From: the human T2T-CHM13v2.0 reference genome, Homo sapiens
NCBI RefSeq assembly: GCF_009914755.1
Contig: NC_060937.1
Length of the DNA: 64,000 nucleotides
Reading direction: 5' to 3' (one strand)
Positions 44,512 to 57,500 of the stretch are shown here, piece after piece. The notes beneath the pieces were generated by a model. The model worked only from the letters and a program-made list of their open reading frames with translations, was not told the origin of the DNA and did not search any database. The first letter of the stretch is position 1, and each line of letters opens with the position of its first letter. A program made the position numbers and the translations under genes.

Positions 44512-45455
44512 GGAATCTGACTGAAAGCACGCATTTGTTATATAGTGGCTGAAAATTCAGGCGCACTGTTGCTTGTAGTGATGTGAAAATAGATAATTTA
44601 CCAAATGTACTGAATTTTCTAGTTCAGCAGATTTTCAGGCAGACTACGGAAAGTTCCACCTGTCTTTCTCATACTTATGATAAAATGTGAGAGGAGGGGA
44701 GATAAACTTAACAAAGAAATTGTTCATTTTTCAAGTAAAGTGCAGAGAAAATATGAAGAACACAGGATGTGTTGTGTTAGAAACATCATTCCTGTCCTCT
44801 CCATGTTGCTTACATTAAGAGAGATTCAGAAGAAAACTTCAAGGTGGTAATATAAGACCTTTTGATAAGATCTCAGAAAACTCTAAGATGATTCTTCCAT
44901 CATTCATTTAGAATAAAAGCTTTTAAAGCATATTAAGTGGGCCTTTAATTCTTCTTTGCTAAACAATGAAGGTGTAAGAATTGTAAGCACATTGTCTCTC
45001 AACAGCCTTTCAGAAAGCCCACGAGAAAGAAAGGCTTTTTCAAGGGGATTTGTGGGTATGAATTTTGTCTAATGGTGTGAAAACCAATAACATTGATAGG
45101 AAACTCACAAAATTTTGAGAAAATGATATTGGTAGAAATACCACCAACTTGTACTGAAAAGGATTGAGAAGGAACAAATTATTATTATTATTTTTTTATA
45201 AAAAGTTTTTTGATCTGTAAACTACTCTGAGTGAATACTGATTGAAAAACTGCTAGGCAGCTGAGATAGGCAATGTCCTATGGAAAAGAAATGGTGATAC
45301 AAAGAGTGGAACCAAAGATTATGATAATTTATTTTCCCATAATACGATTGAGTCCTAATAGAGGAGGCAAAACCTTGTGCCAGTTTGATTTCATATTTGC
45401 AATGTGCCTTCTGTTATTACCCTTTATGAAAGCCTGTCCCACCATTGTGTGTTGG

Positions 45456-45862
45456 TGATATTGTTTGAATTTATGTACCTGCCAAATTTCATGTTGAATT
45501 GTAATCCCCAGTGTTGGAGGTGAAGCCTGGTGGGAGGTATATGAGTCATGGCAGCAGGTCCCTTGTGGCTTGGTGCTGTCCTCACAGTAGTAAGTGAGTT
45601 CTTGTGAGATCCAGTTGTTTAAAAGTGTGTGGCATCTCCCTCCTCACTCTCTCTTGCTTCTGCTTTCACCACGTGCATGCAAGCTCCTGCTTTGCTTTTT
45701 GCCATGAGTAGAAGCTCCCTGAGGTCTCCGCAGAAGCTGAGCAGATACTGGCGCCATGCTTCCTGTAGAGCTTGTAGAACAGTGAGCCAATTAAACCTCT
45801 TGTCTTATAAGTTACTCAGTCTCAGATATTTCTTTATAGCAATGCAAGAATGGCCTAATACA
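45456..45862 (+). mobile_element. MSTA/MSTB solo LTR
   Basis: tg...ca ends; 'tgtaatccccagtgttggaggtg', 'gagccaattaaacctctt'; near-TSD gttgg/tttgg. Confidence 0.92.
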
Positions 45863-46093
45863 TTTGGGTAGGGTGTTTTGGGCAGAACATTTGTCCCTTC
45901 AGTTCACAGCTCTTCAAATCAAAGCAATACATGAAGAAATACACCAAAGTCCCTCTTCCACAAGTGGGTGTTATCTAAATAAAGAGATCCTGGATCTGGA
46001 GTTTTTGCCTAATGCCTTCATGAAAGGAGGCTTTGTGAGGGGTTAAGGGAGGTGGACAAATGTATTTTGCATGTTACAGGAATGTGGCATAGG

Positions 46094-46620
46094 ACTGGCA
46101 GATTGTATTTCCCAAAAGAAGATATGGCAATATTTTTGGGCCATATGTTCTTCCAGAAACTTGTCACTCCTCCATCAACAGAAGAATTCTATTTCCTTTC
46201 AATTCAAATTGGGCAGCCTTTGTGAATGCCTTGAGCAATAGATTGTCTCAAGAGTGATGCTGCCTGACTTTTGAAGCCAGGTGAAAAAAGCTGCTGTGGC
46301 TTCTTCCTGAATCTCTCATTTGGGATGCTTGTCCTTGGAACACAACCTATAGGTCTTGAAAAAGCCCATGCCATGAGTAGGTCTTTATTACAATTGTCCC
46401 AGATGACAGTCAGCATTTACCTCCAGGTATATAAGCGAGCAAACCTTCAGATGATTCTGGCCTCCAGACTTTGAGCTACACCAGATGACACTGCATAGAG
46501 CACAGACAAACTGCTCCTGCTGGGTACTGCCCAGATCACAGATTGGGGAACAAAAGAAATGTTGTTTTAAGTCAATAAGTTTTGAGGTTGTTTATTAGGT
46601 TGTAATAGATAACTGGAACA
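46094..46620 (+). mobile_element. MLT1 (G/H-type) 3' LTR
   Basis: 'tggcagattgtatttcccaaaag..atggcaatatttttgggcc' homologous to the 5' LTR; ends 'aatagataactggaaca'. Confidence 0.85.
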
Positions 46621-46897
46621 ATTTGCATATTGTAAGAACTCAATAAATGTTAGGTGTTATTATTAAGAGGTAGAAGCAGTGTTTTTTTTTCCAGTGCTGC
46701 CAGACTTCAAAAAATGTAATTTTAATTTATATTATATAATAATATCACTTATTTTACTGTTGCAAACAAATTGCATTTGTTAAGTTCCAATATGCTCAGT
46801 TAATATGTAAAGATAAACTACAATATCAGTTCAGATGCTAGTATATCCTAAAGAGGAGAGGGGAGTGGCAGAAGTTAAACTATAAATAATAGCAGAT

Positions 46898-47252
46898 TTA
46901 TATGGTTAGGCTTTGTGTCTGCACCCAAATCTCATCTTGAATTGTAATCCCCATAATCTCCATGTGTCAAGGGAGAGACTACGTGGAGGTAATTGAATCA
47001 ACGCAGTGGTTTCCCCTATGCTGTTGTGATATTGAGTTCTCACAAGATCTGATGGTTTTATAAGGGGCTCTTCCCTCTTTGCATAGCACTCACTCCATCC
47101 TGCCGCCTTGTGAAGTTGCCTGCTTCACTTTCCGCCATGATTATAAGTTTCCTGTGGCCTCCCCAGCCATGAGGAAATGTGAGTCTCTTTCCTTTATAAA
47201 TTACCCAGTCTTGGGTAGTATCTTTACAGCAGTGTGAGAACAGGCTAATACA
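46898..47252 (+). mobile_element. THE1 (THE1D-like) solo LTR
   Basis: 'atatggttaggctttgtgtc..cacccaaatctcatcttgaattgtaatccc' to 'ctaataca'; near-TSD cagat/caggt. Confidence 0.93.
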
Positions 47253-47384
47253 CAGGTTAAAGAGAAAAAAAATAGTACACAGATTACCATATTCTGTAGT
47301 AATCAATTTCAACAACAAAATGAAATAGAAACAGAGGGTAAATATGAAACTGGTAGTAAGGAGATAGCAAATAGAATATGGGAT

Positions 47385-47490
47385 TCATCAGTGCAGGGAC
47401 TCTAAACTTCATTGTTCAATTTGGCATCCCTAAAATCAAGCACAATGCCTCACACATAATAGGCACTCAGTAAATATGTAATCAATCAGT
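47385..47490 (+). mobile_element. L2 3' end
   Basis: 'gcacaatgcctcacacataataggcactcagtaaatatgt'. Confidence 0.65.
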
Positions 47491-48724
47491 GGGTTTCAGG
47501 GTAAAACAAGTGAGCAAAATGCTCAACCCCTAAATGAAGAAAGTTTTTGCTGAAAGGGAATTTGGAATTCATTTCATTTGAACCTCTCACTTTGTAAAGA
47601 ACAATGAAGTGCATAGGAATATGGTGACTTACCTAAGTTCAGGCCTTGTTTCATTTATTGTGTTCAGAAACGTGTTTAGAGGAAATGTCTCAACTCTCAG
47701 CCTACTTGTTAGTATTTATCTTCAAGCTTCCTTCAAACTTCAACAGTCTATGACTCTCAGTTCTATTACCTGTATTACATTTTTTTCCTGCCTTCTTCTT
47801 ATCATTAGTTTAAGAGAAAATAGTTGCAATGTGCTTTCTCAACAAAATCATTTGATAAGTTTTGAAGTTTCAAATGTATTGTGCTATGCTGCAATTACTT
47901 GGGGTGAATTTTAGCAATCAGCATAAGACCCCTTCTGTGATAAGCCTTTTACTATTTTCTCCTGCTTCTATAATTTTCTCAATTCTAGTCTCCCTTCCAC
48001 ATTTTACAATTGTTTGCACATTCTATAGACCTGTGATGCCCAAATGCTCCTGGGAACCCACATTTCTGATTACTTTTCTGCTGCATGAAAAAAACTCCTG
48101 TGCTTTCTGGTGAAATGTTGAATTGATTTTTCATTCTGCTTGGTATGAATAAAGCACAGTCATTCCCTTCTGGTCATTAGTGATATTTGTCCACTCTCTG
48201 CTAGACTCTCCCTTTGTGGTTTCTCTTGTCTTCAAATACAAATTCCTTGTTATCTAATTTAGAAAATTTTCGAGGATTAGTTGAGGATTATAGTATTTAA
48301 AATGTTTTGTTCTTTAGGCTTTAGTTGAGTTACATATAAACAATTTGCAAAATTTAAAGAGCTTCTTTTTTAAAAAGCAAGGCACTGTTTTAAGATTTTA
48401 AAGTTTTTTTTTTTTTTACCAATTAATGCTTTATATGAATATCGTATTACTTTACAGCCTGTGACAATGAAATAAATGACAGATTTTCCCAAGTATTTGT
48501 TCATGAAACTAAATACTTTGGTTGCTTCTTCACTTTTCCCCTTCCCAGATCAATACCTCTTTTTTCCTTCTCATTTTGAGTAATGATAGACTATCTATCA
48601 CATGTTCCCTAGTGAATGCTAGATGAGTTTACTGCCCTGCTTTGAGGTAAATGACTTGTCATTTCCTGATTACTCTTCTCATTGTCTTACATTTCAAGCT
48701 TTCATTCACTCATTCTTCTTCTTC

Positions 48725-48727
<3 letters not shown>

Positions 48728-48755
<28 letters not shown>

Positions 48756-48770
48756 ATTTTTTTTTTTTTT
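48728..48770. repeat. (TG)13 followed by T tract
   Basis: Direct reading. Confidence 0.95.
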
Positions 48771-48944
48771 ACTGCCTTTTCTCCTTTGACCCAGGATGTA
48801 GTTGAAAACATTGGCAGAACTAGAATTTTCACTGAGTAGGATGATTTCACAGAAGGAATCTACTCCTGAAGGGCCACATTACAGCAGTGCCTTTGAAATG
48901 GAGATACACAGAAACAACGTTATCTTTTAACACATTTGGCTATT

Positions 48945-49660
48945 TGTGGATATATTCAACCAATAATATTGAGTGCCTACTATATGCCAGGAACTGGTGT
49001 AAGCATAAGGTATATGGAAATTCTTTCCTGTCACAAGAAGGGACACATTCTTTCAGGGAGACAGATGGGTATAATGGAGCTTATAGGTGTTATGATGGCA
49101 AAATGCAGCAAAGGAGCCTTGGGGTGGTGGGGGTTAGAAATATCTAGAAGGAGGGATTTTCATTACTTCACTAATGAAGGAAGGATAGAAATTAGCACAC
49201 AATTAGAGAGTAGAGAAGTACTACATACCCAGAAATTATCAGGAGTCTGGAAGTAAACAAAAGCAAGTTCAGTATTGTTAATGAGTTAGTGAGGCCTTGT
49301 CAACTAAGATTTCATCCTGAGAAAAATGGATGCTGAAGTCAGACTCGCTATTCAGGATAGATGTAAAACAGAAGCGTTTTTGATCTATAAGCATTAATTC
49401 AAAGCACCATGTAAGAGGACATCAATTCAGAAGAATAAGTTAAATGAATTGACAAAAAGGCCCAATATGGAAGCCATGCAACCAAAAACCAATGTTCTAC
49501 AAACAGCAGTTTATTTGGTATAGGAGACATATTGCAGAGACTCAAAAAGTGAATGGGAAGTAAGCAATAGACAGTGTGTCTAGGCAAACCTTTCTAGAAA
49601 CTTAGCTGTTAAGGGCAATACAAACTTAAAATTTAATGTAGATGAAGAGAGAAATATGGT
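48945..49660 (-). mobile_element. L2 fragment(s)
   Basis: 'attcaaccaataatattgagtgcctactatatgccaggaactgg' is the antisense L2 3' end; 'ctagaaacttagctgttaaggg'. Confidence 0.65.
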
Positions 49661-52087
49661 CAATACACATATGAAAACACATGTACACACACTTACATAC
49701 TTACACACACACACAAAGTCTATGAATACTGAGGATAGAAGGTGTTCATAGATTTCGTGTGTGTGTGTAAGTATGTAAGTGTGTTGTGTGTACATGCTTT
49801 GATAAAAGGTATTTGATAGAAGGTAGTTAGAAAATAAACAAGAATGGGAAGAAACACTGTCAAAAAGAAAACTTATGGGAGAATTTCAGTAATTGATATG
49901 CAATAGTAAAAAGGTCTAAATAAATATACCATTTATTCATCGTAGGTAATACACCTGGAATCTGCTAGCCCTTTTCTCTTGCTATTTCCTCCTCTGCTCT
50001 TTTTCTTTCTCCTTTTCTCTTCCTCTTTTTCTCTCTATTCTTTATTACGATGATTAGAAATAAAAGACAGTAGAAAGCCTTTGACATTTATTTTCTCCAA
50101 AAATTCATGGAAAACAAGTCTTATTATCACAAACGAAAAGAAAAATAATGTGGAATTTACTACCAAAACATGTTTCTTCTTACTGTCTTCAAGAACACTG
50201 GGTAGTTGAAATGTCCTAGACAAGCCATCTTCCTCCTTTTGAAAAGAAGAATCCATTTAAAAGACTGTTTGAAATATATTACCCTCTAAGGAAAAGGTTT
50301 TGTGGTGGGAGGTAATGTGTTTATTTTTGTTTCTATGGACGAGTGGTGATTTTTCAGTTTATTTTTAATTGTGGACATACTTTCTGTATACATAGAGTTG
50401 CTGAAACGTACAACTTTTATTTTCATAAGTATTAGATTGAAGCACCTGAATTCAATTTACTAGTATTTCACAAATTATGTTCAGAGGACCAGAAGTTCCA
50501 CTGAATATTAATAAATGTTAGTTACCTAAAAACTGAGATTTCTTAGTTGCATTTATCTTGGAAATGGTGGATCAAAAGAAATACTCCTTTTACTGTAAAT
50601 ATCTAAGAAACCTTAAGATGCCAGTGTTTACAGTTGTTTTCTACAACTCTATTTGAGGTTAATGTTTACAAAAATTATTTTACCTTACAAATTCTTATCT
50701 ACAGATCATATCATGAGATTAGTGTCTCATTGAATTCATATCAACAGAGAAATATACCAACAATTACTTATATGTCAAATAAAATTTACGTTAATAATTC
50801 AAATTAGCATTTGCTTATATTTGGTCAGTGTGAAAATAAGTGTAAAATTATCTCTTAAGGTAAAATTGATATAGATAACTAACTCAATGTTTCTCTGCAT
50901 GTCTTTTGTCTTTTTGATCATGCATATAACAATTTAACTGCTCTACATTCTAAGTAATAAGTTTTTTATAGTTACATTTTAGAAATCTTTAGTCATTTTT
51001 ACCAAAAGTTTCTCACTATTTGAGACCTAAAGAATTTAATTTTTCCCTTTGTCTCTGGTAGGTTAATTGTCTGATTAATTGTACATGGATTATCAGTTCC
51101 CTTTTACTGCATTTTCACCTTCTGCTTGGTGGAAATTTCTCCTCAAATTTTCAGATCCTCTCCCAAAAACTTCACTGTCATTCTGGCCCAGCATATCAAA
51201 ACATTTGTAGAAAGTTGTAACATAGAAGTAGTAGCAATTATTATAGAAGAGGAGAACCCATTGCTGTTCCCCTTCTCCCAGGAGATGATTTAATTACCTG
51301 CTGAGAATATCTAAGAAACCTACTTCCTCTCCTTTTACATCTGTTTATCTATGTTTCATCCTCATGCTCATATTTCTCCATTTTTCATACCCTTCTCCTC
51401 ATCTCTACCTGTTGAAAACATGCTTTCATTAAAGTTACACTTCAAATGAGACTTCTTCTAGGAAGTATACCCTATTATGCCAAAGTAGGATTGATCAATT
51501 TCATCTTTTAAAAATATGCTTTGCATCTCTTTTCTATCTTCTTAACTACATTTTCTGTTTTTTGACAATAAGAAACCTGGCTTTTTTTTTCCGTCTATAT
51601 TTCCATCTCTGCTCTTTGTCTAACATGCATGGGAATTCAGTAAATGCTTCTTGACCTGAATTGATTTTACTCAATAAACTTTTTATTCCTGGTTTTCCAT
51701 TAGAAGATATGGTTTTCTTCTTAAGTATTGGTATTTCTGATTTTAAGATCTTTTTCTAATTGTTTTTTTCTTTCATAAGAGATTTTGAGTTTTTATTTTC
51801 AACATGACAACTGAAAGAATAGTTTTCATAAATACTTTTCATTAACAAATGATTGCCAAGTGCTTTTCAAGTATAAAGTGCTATAATGCATGTTGTGAAA
51901 CAATAATCAGTATAATTGAAGTAGGACACAATTACCTAGTGCAATGAAAAATAAAATGACATTAGGATTTAAGATACCACCTCCTTCAATCTCCACAAAC
52001 ACTTTTTCTCTAAATACCACAAGCATAGTAAATAATTTTATACACTCTAAATAACACATTCCCACAGTTATTCCTTCTTTTTCTTAC

Positions 52088-52383
52088 TTTTTTTTTTTTT
52101 CCTGAGACACAGTCTTACTCTGTCGAGCAGGCTGGAGGTCAGTGGCATGATCATAGCTCACTGCAGCCTCAAACTCCTGGACTCAAAGGATCCTCCTGCC
52201 TCAGCCTCCTGAGTAGCTAGGACTATGCGTCCACACCACTCCTGGCTAATTTTCATTGTTTTTTGTAGAGATGAGGTCTCACCAGGATGCTCAGACTGGT
52301 CTTAAAAACCTGGCCTTAAGCCATCCTCCTACCTCGGCTTTACAAAGTGCTGGTATTACAGGCATGAGCCACCATTCATGGCT
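52088..52383 (-). mobile_element. AluJ
   Basis: 'atcatagctcactgcagcctcaaactcctggactcaaaggatcctcctgcc'. Confidence 0.93.
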
Positions 52384-53377
52384 GTTATTAATTTTATATA
52401 TAATTTATTGCTCATGGAATTAGGCTCTATCCAATCTGGGCTCTCATTTTAGAAATACACAAAATGTTATAATAACATTCATTCCTTAATGCTTAAAAGA
52501 CTTTCATTTTGCCCTAGAATATAAGTGTGTCAGTAAAATCACTTAATTTTATGATTTTATGCATAGATTTAAAATATTATTTTAATTTTACAATTTTTTA
52601 TTTAAAATATAAAATTCCTGTGTTTACCTTATTATATCTAAAGCTGTTTAGAGAAACAATCTAAAATTTAAAGCTATTTAGATAAGCAAATAATACTCTA
52701 AGATAGAATTTATGAATATCCTAAAAAATATTGATGCATTTCTTAAAAACCTTAGTATAGAAAAGTGTTCAAATAGGAAATCAAATATGTAACAACAGCT
52801 GTAAAAAAAGTTTCAGAACATTTTTTATGAACAAAAATGAACAAAATTTACTGAGTGAATGGTAAAATACTTGAATTCCACAATGAATATTATCCTTATT
52901 TTCACACTGAACTATTTCATTTACCTTAAAAATAATGAGAGTTAAAAAATTATTATGTGAAACTTGTTGAAAATACTTTGTACAAGAAATATGGCTGAAT
53001 CCTAAATAATGTTGCTAAACAGGGCTGCATTACCAAATCTGATAACATTTCAAAGTTGATTTATAGAATCCTTTAATTAGAAGAAACTTTAGGGTCATCT
53101 TCATAGTCAATAGTTCATCTGAAGGAAAATCTTTTCTATGTCACTAACGATTACTTCTTGAATATTTCTTAAGTTAGAAATCTTTGTTTTTTGTTTTCTT
53201 GTTTAGTTTTGTTTAGTTTAATATGTTTTCTCAGTTTGTGAAATTTGTACATTTTATTGATTTTTAGAGCCAATTATGCCTCCCTATAATGCCTGCTTAG
53301 CTATTTCTTATTCTACTTACTGAAAGTATGTAGACTAAGTCAAAACCGTTTATCCACATAAAGGCCTTTCAAAACAA

Positions 53378-53579
53378 AGAGCTATCAGATTTAGCAAATA
53401 AAAATAAAAGACATCCATTTAAATGTGATTTTCAGATAAACAACAAGTAACTTTTACAATAGATATATCCTATGCATTTTCCCATGCAACTTTGGGCAAA
53501 TTTATACTACAAAATTATAATATGGCTTTTCTAAAATACAAATTTATCTTGGAATTCTGTGTTTTATCGAGCAACTTTA
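53378..53579. mobile_element. MER53 palindromic hAT MITE
   Basis: 'cagatttagcaaataaaaat..catccatttaaatgtgattttcagataaacaac' with a mirrored right half '..tctaaaatacaaattta..tgtgttttatcgagcaac'. Confidence 0.8.
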
Positions 53580-54596
53580 TTCAAAAACAGTTTCCTACTC
53601 TAATATCCTCCTAATTTCTTTAGGTTTAGCCTTAATACATACATTTAAATTATTGGGAAACAGCAGTTCTGTGTGCTTTCAAGACTCATAATAACCTTGG
53701 AAACGTTGCACTTATGACTGTGAAATTATCATAATCTTCAAGTATAGTCTACATTGAAAAGAATGTTGGGGGCCGTAACTTTCCTTTATCATTCATCAGT
53801 GTTCGACTCAACATGTCTTTTTGTTTGCTTCTTCAAATTTTTGCAAAATGTCATACTGACATTGTGCTTGTGTCAACTGAAATACTTAATACTACCTACA
53901 CCCCCAGGTTATCATTCTGCCACTCCATGCATATGCTAAGGATTTTCAACCTAAATATATCACTTTCCATTTAGTTTTTATCTTTAACTCAAACCAAATA
54001 ATTTTAGCTGGTGATTTTTTCCCATTACTGAAGTGCTGTCTGCTTTCAGAAGCTTTCATAAGACTGCCATTAAGCAAGGCACAACCTTACTGCTTTTAAA
54101 ATATGGTTAATTTTACAAATGTTCATCTTTTTAAGAGTTCTCAGAAAAACATTCGTCTTGTAATATTCAAGTTTTATTGATATAATTTGGTAAATCAAAG
54201 TGAAAATATTATTTTATTATTATTGCATTCCCTTTTCATTATTTCCTTAAAATTTTATTTTCAATGAGGAGTTTTGTAGACTCAAAGGCTGTATTTCCTG
54301 AAAACTAATTTACCTAAGAATTCTTCTACTTTGCAATGCACAGTTACAGAGACAGCACTACTTTAATGGTGCTCTAAGATTTGATCTGTAAATACAATTT
54401 TGGCAATTTATAGGAAAACAACTCTGGCTTGTTTTCCAGCTCTAGGTCTCATCTCCACTGCTTCCTCTCCTTGGCTTCAGGAGGTACCAGGTGGCTTTAC
54501 TGCAGCCTCTGTCACCCTGTGATCTACAGGCACTGGGGGAGCCATAGGGAGGATGCCAAAGCTGGGAAAAGATTTTTATTGTTTTAAAGAGTATTA

Positions 54597-57500
54597 GAAG
54601 AAGCGAATGTTAAGATGGCCTACTAGATGCAGCCAGGAGGAACATCTGCCACCAAGGGACCATGACATCGGGAAGATCTGCACTTTAAGCAGATCTATAG
54701 AGGAAGGCATGCAGAGTGGATAGAGAGATGGATGGAGTGGATAGATCACCCTGGGCTGAAAGGGGAGGAAGCTGGGAACGCTGCACAGGGCTATCACCTA
54801 CTGGAACTGGCTCTGGGCCCCCAGTGACTCATGGGAAAAGGGTGCGCTAAAAGGTAAGGCATGACCTGCTCTTCCTACAAACTTCTGGAATCCTGGCATC
54901 AGGAGACCCCACAAACCCCATGGACACTTGAACTGGCAGGGAGAGATGCTTAGAGAGTTGGTAGGGGCAGAACTCCAGCCTGTACAGAACACGGAATGTT
55001 GAGTGTGGGACATCTGCAGAGGAGCATAGCCAGGGGTGCCCACTTCCCAAAGCAGCCTGCCATGCTCTCCTAGGAGACTTTAGCCTTAGGGGAACTGACA
55101 GACCTAAACAGAGCAGGACAGGCCAATTTGATCTCAATGTGCCCTCTCTGCCACCCCCTACTCCATCTGGTGGAATCTCCCAGGGCCCTGGCCTGGCTGA
55201 ACCCACTTGCAATGCAGCCTTGGATGACCAACTGGGTGCCTCCTGGAAGCCACATCATAGTCTTTTCACTGGTTGACTATGCCTGACCATCAGAGAGCTC
55301 CAGCAGAGTGGCCCTTGATGACTCTCACCAGTCCACCTGAACCCTCCCACCACTGCATCCCCTATGCCACTTTGCCATGCACTTGTCATAGCCCTCCCAA
55401 ACCCCTCCGCACATTGCTTAGCCAGCTTGCAGGTGCAGGGGACCTTCCCTTCCTTCTCCAGCTGAGGCCATCCACCACAATCAAGTAGGCTTTATCTCTG
55501 GGTTACAAGGTTGGTTCAACGTATGCAAATCAATGTACCCCACCATGCCACTGCTGCCAATGTGAGTGTACCCCCAACCAACTGCATAGCCATTGCCATT
55601 TTGAACATGTATATGGAGGCCAGTGGCCCCACCCTTCATTGTGTACCACCACCTCTGCTGGCCCAAATGAATGCATGGTTCCAGAAGCCCTGCACCCACC
55701 AGAGCTCTGCCCAGAGCTGACATCACCACTGACACAAACATGCATACAAAGGTTGGCAGCCTGGCAACCACCGGTGCCCCACTCGAGCTGGCGAGAGTGC
55801 ACCCTGCCATACTGCCTGCTATTGGTACATGCACATGAGCACAGTTCCCATTGCCACTGCTGCAGTGAAGCACTTTGGCTGGCACCATCTGTTGAAGTAT
55901 TGTGACCAGCTGCTGTGACCCATCTAGCACAGCAGGTTCCTAAACTCAAGTGGCCAGTTGACAAAGCCAGGGGCCTGATACCAACCTTCCAGAGTTATGG
56001 CATAAATCCCAAGAGTGCTGAGCTGAGCCTTGGCTCCCTAAAATCTTCCAGAAATGAAGCCAGCTGACTGAAGCCACCTTATACCACAATGAAACCCCGA
56101 AGAGCATAAAAACAAGATAAAAGCAAAAAAGACAACAACTTTAAAGACTTAAGGAATATTGGCACACACAGATGAGAAAGAATAAGCCAGAACTCTGGCA
56201 AATCAAAAAGCCAGAGTGTCTTAACAATGAATGCCTGCACTAGTTAGTTCTCCAGAAATGCTTCTTAGCCAGGCTGAAATGGCAGAAATTACAGAAATGG
56301 AATTCAGAATATGAAAAAAAAATGAAGATGATCAAGATTCAGCAGAAAGTTGAAGCCAAATCCAAGGATTTTAATAAATACAATAAAACAATACAAGGGA
56401 TAGAAGACAAAAATGGTGGCTATTTTAAGAAAGAACCAAACTGATTAAATAGAGCTGAAAAACTCACCTCAAGAATTACAGAATACAATTCTAAGTATTA
56501 AGAGCAGAACTGAAAAAGTTGAGAAAAGAATCTCAGAGCTTGAAGAATGGGTCTCTGAAATAATTCAGACAAAAATAAAGAAAATATATTAAAGAAGAAT
56601 GAAAACCAAACACCATATGTTCTCACTCGTAAGTGGGAGTTGAACAATGAGAACACATGGACACAGAGAGGGGAACATCACACACCGGGGCCTGTCAGTG
56701 GGTTGGGGAAGGGGAGGGAGAGCATTATGACAAATACCTAATGCATGCCGGGCTTAAAACCTAGATGATGGGATGATAGGTGCAGCAAACCACCATGGCA
56801 CATGCATACCTATGTAACAAACCTGTATGTTCAGCACATGTATCCTAGAACTTAAAGTAAATAAATAAATTAAAAAAAAAAGAAGAATGAACTAAACCTC
56901 TGAAAAATATGAGATTATGTAAAAAGACAAAATTTATAACTCATTATTGTTCCTGAAAGAGAGGGGGTAAAAAAACCAAACAGTTTAGAAAACATATTTC
57001 AGGATATTGTCCATGAATATTTCCCCAACCTTGCTAGAGAGGACAACATTCAGATTCAGGAAATGCAGAGAAACTCCTTCAAGATACTACACAAGACGAT
57101 CATTTGTAAGACACATAGTTATCAGATTCTCAAAGGCCTAAATGAAAGAAAAAAATGCTAAATGAAGCTAGAGAGAAGGGATGGGTCACTTACAAAGGGA
57201 CCTCCATTCAGACTAGAAGCAGGCATTTCAGCAAAAACTACAAGCCAGAAGAGACTGGGGGCTTATTTTCATCATTCTTAAAGAAATGAAAGTCCAACCA
57301 AAAATATATTCAGCCAAACTAAACTTCATAAACAAAGAAGGAAGATGCTTTACAGACCAGCAAATGCTAAGGGAATTGTTACCACCAGACCTGTCTGACA
57401 AGAATTCCTTAAGAGAGCACTAAATATGGAAAGGAAAGACCATTACCAGCCACTACAAAACACATTTAAGTACATAGACCATTGACACTGTGAAGTAACC

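Larger units (their letters stand above)
44245..46093 (+). mobile_element. MLT1 internal region (interrupted by U2 fragment and MST LTR)
   Basis: MLT-int-like start 'ggtgctggagcaacaaac..gtgggagtggcttttgga', 'gaggaaaatgttattggaa', and end 'aatgtattttgcatgt..ggac' before the 3' LTR. Confidence 0.75.

Noticed and set aside
54798-55964. Cluster of overlapping 70-149-aa ORFs in GC-rich DNA
   Set aside because: They lie in the GC-rich 5'UTR of the old L1PA, where stop codons are rare by composition.
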